A stretch of DNA of 33,187 nt, from the NCBI GenBank assembly GCA_045542815.1, contig JAZQLT010000162.1, positions 1-33,187 of the forward strand, given 5' to 3'. The position numbers were made by a program, and so were the translations under genes. Below, piece by piece: positions 30,107 to 33,187 of the stretch. The notes beneath the pieces are model-generated. The model was not told the DNA's origin, did not search any database, and worked only from the letters and a program-made list of their open reading frames with translations. Source of the DNA: Candidatus Scatosoma sp. Lineage in GTDB: Bacteria; Bacillota; Clostridia; Christensenellales; Borkfalkiaceae. The first letter of the stretch is position 1. Every line of letters starts with the position of its first letter.

Positions 30107-31087
30107 ATGAACCTTTCTCAACTGTTAGCGCGCTATTTCACGGTGTTTGGAATCACCATTCACTGGTACGGCGTGATTATCGTGTGCGGAATGATCTTGG
30201 CGTTTTTCGTCATATCGTTGCTCTTTAAGCGCAGAAATATGTCGTCCGACCTGTTCATGACCTATTTTGTCATCTGTCTTCCCATTGCAGTCGTTTGTAC
30301 GCGCCTGTTTTACTGTATCACGGACGGCGTGCCCTTCAAAGACTGGTGGAGAATTCAAGACGGCGGTTTGGCGATTACGGGCGGTATCATTGGCGGGCTT
30401 TTGAGCGTTATCGGCGTAAGCTATTTCAAAAAAGTTAATTTCTTCCGCGCGGGGGACTGTATCGTCGTCGGGCTCTTGCTCGCGCAGTCGATTGGGCGCT
30501 GGGGGAACTTTGTCAACCAAGAAGTGTTCGGCGGTCCCGTTACCAACGAAGCTCTGCAATTTTTCCCGTTTGCGGTGCATATCACCGACTCCCCCGTTGC
30601 GCCCGACGGGTGGTATTACGCGTTCTTTTTCTACGAGAGCATGGTAACGCTGACCGCGTCTATACTCCTGTTCTTGAACGCTTGGTTTAATCCCAAAAAA
30701 CCCAACGGCGTTAACACGGCATGCTATTTTATCGTTTACGGCTTGACGCGTACGATCATGGAGCCTTTGCGTTATCAAGGCTTTATTTTGAGCGGCGGCG
30801 GTGTGCCTTGGTCTTTGGTATTTGCAATCGCACAGCTCGTGTTCGGGTTGAGCTTGCTCGCGTTCGTACTCGTTCGAAATTATAAGAAAGAAGGCAAGCT
30901 TATCGGCTCGAAAACGGGCGATCCTTACGGTATCACCAAGTTCATAGGGGATACCAAAACGGAAGTGGCGTACTTTAACAACGTGAATATGATGTGTTCC
31001 ATCTATCCCGACAACTTCGTGGAAAAGACGGTGGCAAAAGAAGAAAAACAAGAAGAAAAACAAGAAGAAAAGGAGAAGGAAGAATGA
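30107..31087 (+). CDS. lgt: Prolipoprotein diacylglyceryl transferase
   Basis: HWYGVIIVCGMILAFF..., signature GRWGNFVNQEVFG. The C-terminal tail is KEEKQEEKQEEKEKEE. Confidence 0.93.
   Translation: MNLSQLLARYFTVFGITIHWYGVIIVCGMILAFFVISLLFKRRNMSSDLFMTYFVICLPIAVVCTRLFYCITDGVPFKDWWRIQDGGLAITGGIIGGLLSVIGVSYFKKVNFFRAGDCIVVGLLLAQSIGRWGNFVNQEVFGGPVTNEALQFFPFAVHITDSPVAPDGWYYAFFFYESMVTLTASILLFLNAWFNPKKPNGVNTACYFIVYGLTRTIMEPLRYQGFILSGGGVPWSLVFAIAQLVFGLSLLAFVLVRNYKKEGKLIGSKTGDPYGITKFIGDTKTEVAYFNNVNMMCSIYPDNFVEKTVAKEEKQEEKQEEKEKEE
31040..31074 (+). repeat. In-frame 12-nt tandem repeat (GAAGAAAAACAA x2 plus a partial third unit) encoding the lgt KE-rich tail
   Basis: 31040-31051 is identical to 31052-31063, and a third unit is diverged. 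Confidence 0.7.
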
Positions 31088-32547
31088 GAAATCTTACTCT
31101 TTTAACGGACTTGTACCAGCTTACGATGGGGTACGGCTTTTATAAAAACGGAAAGCATGAAGAAACGGTTACCTTCGATTTGTTTTTCCGCCGCAGGGAA
31201 CTCATCACCTATTCCATTGCCGCAGGGCTTGAACAGGCGATGGATTATCTTTTGAACTGGCGGTTTGACGACGAGGATATCGCGTATCTCCGTTCGCTGA
31301 ATCTCTTTGACGAAGGTTTTTTGGAATACTTGAAAAACATGAAATTCACGGGGGACGTGTATGCGGTGAGAGAAGGCGAGCCGGTATTCCCCGGCGAGCC
31401 GATTTTGACGGTAAAAGCGCCCCTTATTCAAGCGCAGTTTGCGGAAACCGCGCTCCTGAACATCATCAACCACCAAACGCTGATCGCGACCAAGTCTTCC
31501 AAGATTTGCCGCGCAACGGGGGGCAAGGGCGCAGTGATGGAGTTCGGTCTGCGCAGAGCGCAAGGCCCCGACGCGGGGATCTACGGTGCGAGAGCGGCAA
31601 TCATCGGCGGGTGTTCTTCCACTTCCAACGTAATCGCGGGGCAAATGTTTAAAGTTCCCGTAGCGGGTACGATGGCGCACAGCTTCGTCATGGACTATCC
31701 CACTGAATACGAAGCTTTCCGCGCGTATGCAAACGCGTACCCCGATAGCTGTATGCTGCTTGTCGATACCTACGACACGCTTCGGAGCGGCGTTCCCAAT
31801 GCCATTAAGGTGTTTGAAGAACTCCGTGCGGCGGGGCATAAACCCAAGGGCATACGCTTGGATAGCGGCGACTTGGCGTATCTTTCCAAAAAAGCGCGCA
31901 AAATGTTAGACGACGCGGGTTTCCCCGACGCACTCATCTGCGTTTCGGGAGATTTGGACGAACGGCTTATCAACTCCCTGTTACAGCAGGGTGCGAAAAT
32001 CGATTCGTGGGGGATTGGTACGAAACTTATTACTTCGGAAGATCTGCCTTCGCTCGGCGGGGTATATAAGCTGTCTTCCGTCATCGGCGAGAACGGCGAA
32101 AGTACGCCCAAGATCAAGCTTTCGGACAACCATGCAAAGATCACCAACCCCGGCTTTAAGAGCCTGTACCGCTTGTACGACAAGGCAAACGGCATGGCGA
32201 TTGCCGACCTTATCACCTTGCACGACGAAGAGATAAAGGAAGACGAACCGCTGACCCTGTTCCACCCCGTGGAAACTTGGAAACAGCACGAAGTGGAAAA
32301 TTTCCGCGTAGAGCCATTGCAGCATACGATCGTAAAGGACGGCAAGCTGGTTTATACCTTCCCGCACATTCAACAGGTGCAAGCGTTCTCAAAGGCACAG
32401 CTTTCCAAGTTCTGGGAAGAATATCTGCGTTTGGATTTGCCGCAGCTCTATAAGGTCGATCTTTCGGATAAACTTCATGCGTTAAAGATCGGCATGATCG
32501 ACAGCATTCGTCAGAACAACTCCCAAAAAGGAAAGGAGAAGAAATGA
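31084..32547 (+). CDS. pncB: Nicotinate phosphoribosyltransferase
   Basis: MRNLTLLTDLYQLTMGYGF...GTMAHSF...RLDSGDL. The ATG overlaps the lgt stop (ATGA). The track start at 30994 lies inside lgt. Confidence 0.93.
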   Translation: MRNLTLLTDLYQLTMGYGFYKNGKHEETVTFDLFFRRRELITYSIAAGLEQAMDYLLNWRFDDEDIAYLRSLNLFDEGFLEYLKNMKFTGDVYAVREGEPVFPGEPILTVKAPLIQAQFAETALLNIINHQTLIATKSSKICRATGGKGAVMEFGLRRAQGPDAGIYGARAAIIGGCSSTSNVIAGQMFKVPVAGTMAHSFVMDYPTEYEAFRAYANAYPDSCMLLVDTYDTLRSGVPNAIKVFEELRAAGHKPKGIRLDSGDLAYLSKKARKMLDDAGFPDALICVSGDLDERLINSLLQQGAKIDSWGIGTKLITSEDLPSLGGVYKLSSVIGENGESTPKIKLSDNHAKITNPGFKSLYRLYDKANGMAIADLITLHDEEIKEDEPLTLFHPVETWKQHEVENFRVEPLQHTIVKDGKLVYTFPHIQQVQAFSKAQLSKFWEEYLRLDLPQLYKVDLSDKLHALKIGMIDSIRQNNSQKGKEKK

Positions 32548-33187
32548 AAAAAGAAGAAATTTTGACAAAGGACGGGGGCAAGTATTCGCTCAAAGGCTCT
32601 TCGCTGTGGGGCGTGCTCGTGTTTGCGCTGTTGCTCCTTGTCGATATGCTAACCAAAATCGTGGCGGACGCCTACTTTTCGCAGGACGGTGCGCCCGAAC
32701 GAATTGCGCTGATCAAAGGGTCTTTGGAGCTTTGTATCGCGTATAACCGCGGTATTTCGTTCAGTATCGGCTCGAATGCACCCATGGGCGCAAAGATTGC
32801 GCTCGTTGCGGGTACGGGCGTACTGTTCGTAGTCTTTGCAATCGTGTATTTCAAAATCGACAAACGCCGCAGTTGGCTTCGTTGGGCGCTCGTGTTCATC
32901 GTGGCGGGGGGCGTAGGCAATCTCATCGACAGAGTGTATTATCAGGTATGGGACCCCGCGAGTTTTCCCGCGGGCGTGCGCGACATGGTGCGCTTGAAGA
33001 TTTTTGCGTTCGACTTCGGAGTTTGCAATTTTGCGGACTTCTTTATCGTCGGCGGAGCGATCGCGCTCATGCTTGCCATGCTCTTCTTTGACGGCGGGGC
33101 GATGTTCCCTTTGACGAAAAAATATAAAGCGCTGGCAAAGGAAGAAGAACGAAAGGAAGAAGAGAAAAAAGCGGAAAAGAGCCGCCG
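32544..33187 (+). CDS. lspA: Lipoprotein signal peptidase II; 3' end runs off the window
   Basis: My own translation from ATG 32544, which overlaps the pncB stop as ATGA: ...YNRGISFSIG...VAGGVGNLIDRV...VCNFADFFIVGG... The frame is open to the window end. It is not in the ORF track because it has no stop. Confidence 0.9.
   Translation, partial: MKKEEILTKDGGKYSLKGSSLWGVLVFALLLLVDMLTKIVADAYFSQDGAPERIALIKGSLELCIAYNRGISFSIGSNAPMGAKIALVAGTGVLFVVFAIVYFKIDKRRSWLRWALVFIVAGGVGNLIDRVYYQVWDPASFPAGVRDMVRLKIFAFDFGVCNFADFFIVGGAIALMLAMLFFDGGAMFPLTKKYKALAKEEERKEEEKKAEKSR

Noticed and set aside
1-33187. Defence island, prophage or integrative element somewhere in the window.
   Set aside because: No integrase, transposase, recombinase, restriction/modification, toxin-antitoxin, reverse transcriptase or cas-like product is recognisable in any frame. 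Nearly all genes are core metabolism, translation, secretion or envelope functions with uniform codon usage.

Overview
Mostly housekeeping chromosomal segment of a Firmicutes/Clostridia-type bacterium. Supporting signs: Shine-Dalgarno-led genes, TTGACA/TATAAT promoters, a spoIIA-like partner-switching module, a DUF421/DUF4363 pair, and ECF FolT behind a THF riboswitch. I count 26 protein genes: radical SAM PflX-like (partial), metK, asnA, a 1573-aa Cys-rich lipoprotein, secA, prfB, tsaD, an ArsP_2-like permease, STAS / pseudo-kinase / sigma factor / small HATPase protein, a polytopic membrane protein, a PucR-type regulator, an S41 peptidase, tkt, a phosphohexomutase, degV, a UDP-sugar pyrophosphorylase, a small acidic protein, DUF4363, DUF421, folT, lgt, pncB and lspA (partial). 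I found no rRNA, tRNA, CRISPR array, transposase, integrase or recognisable defence gene, so this does not look like an accessory island. Five things are not explained by ordinary annotation. (1) A 276-bp element with perfect 27-bp inverted termini sits exactly between the sigma-factor stop codon and the RBS of the next gene; it could be a MITE or an invertible segment, and a diverged partial copy lies 0.9 kb downstream. (2) A same-strand motif family, CAKGTAYG+MGWTGA, occurs 6 times strictly plus once degenerately. It is present at all four convergent gene junctions and includes an exact 19-nt identity between two unrelated coding regions. (3) The giant lipoprotein is built from repeated His-bracketed C-x(8-11)-C-x2-C modules plus a Cys-free Met-rich core. 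(4) The sigma module has two degenerate HATPase-like partners. (5) Very long antisense ORFs are always in the codon-mirrored frame, which I read as a codon-usage artefact and not as genes. All calls come from reading the sequence and the ORF track; no database search was run.
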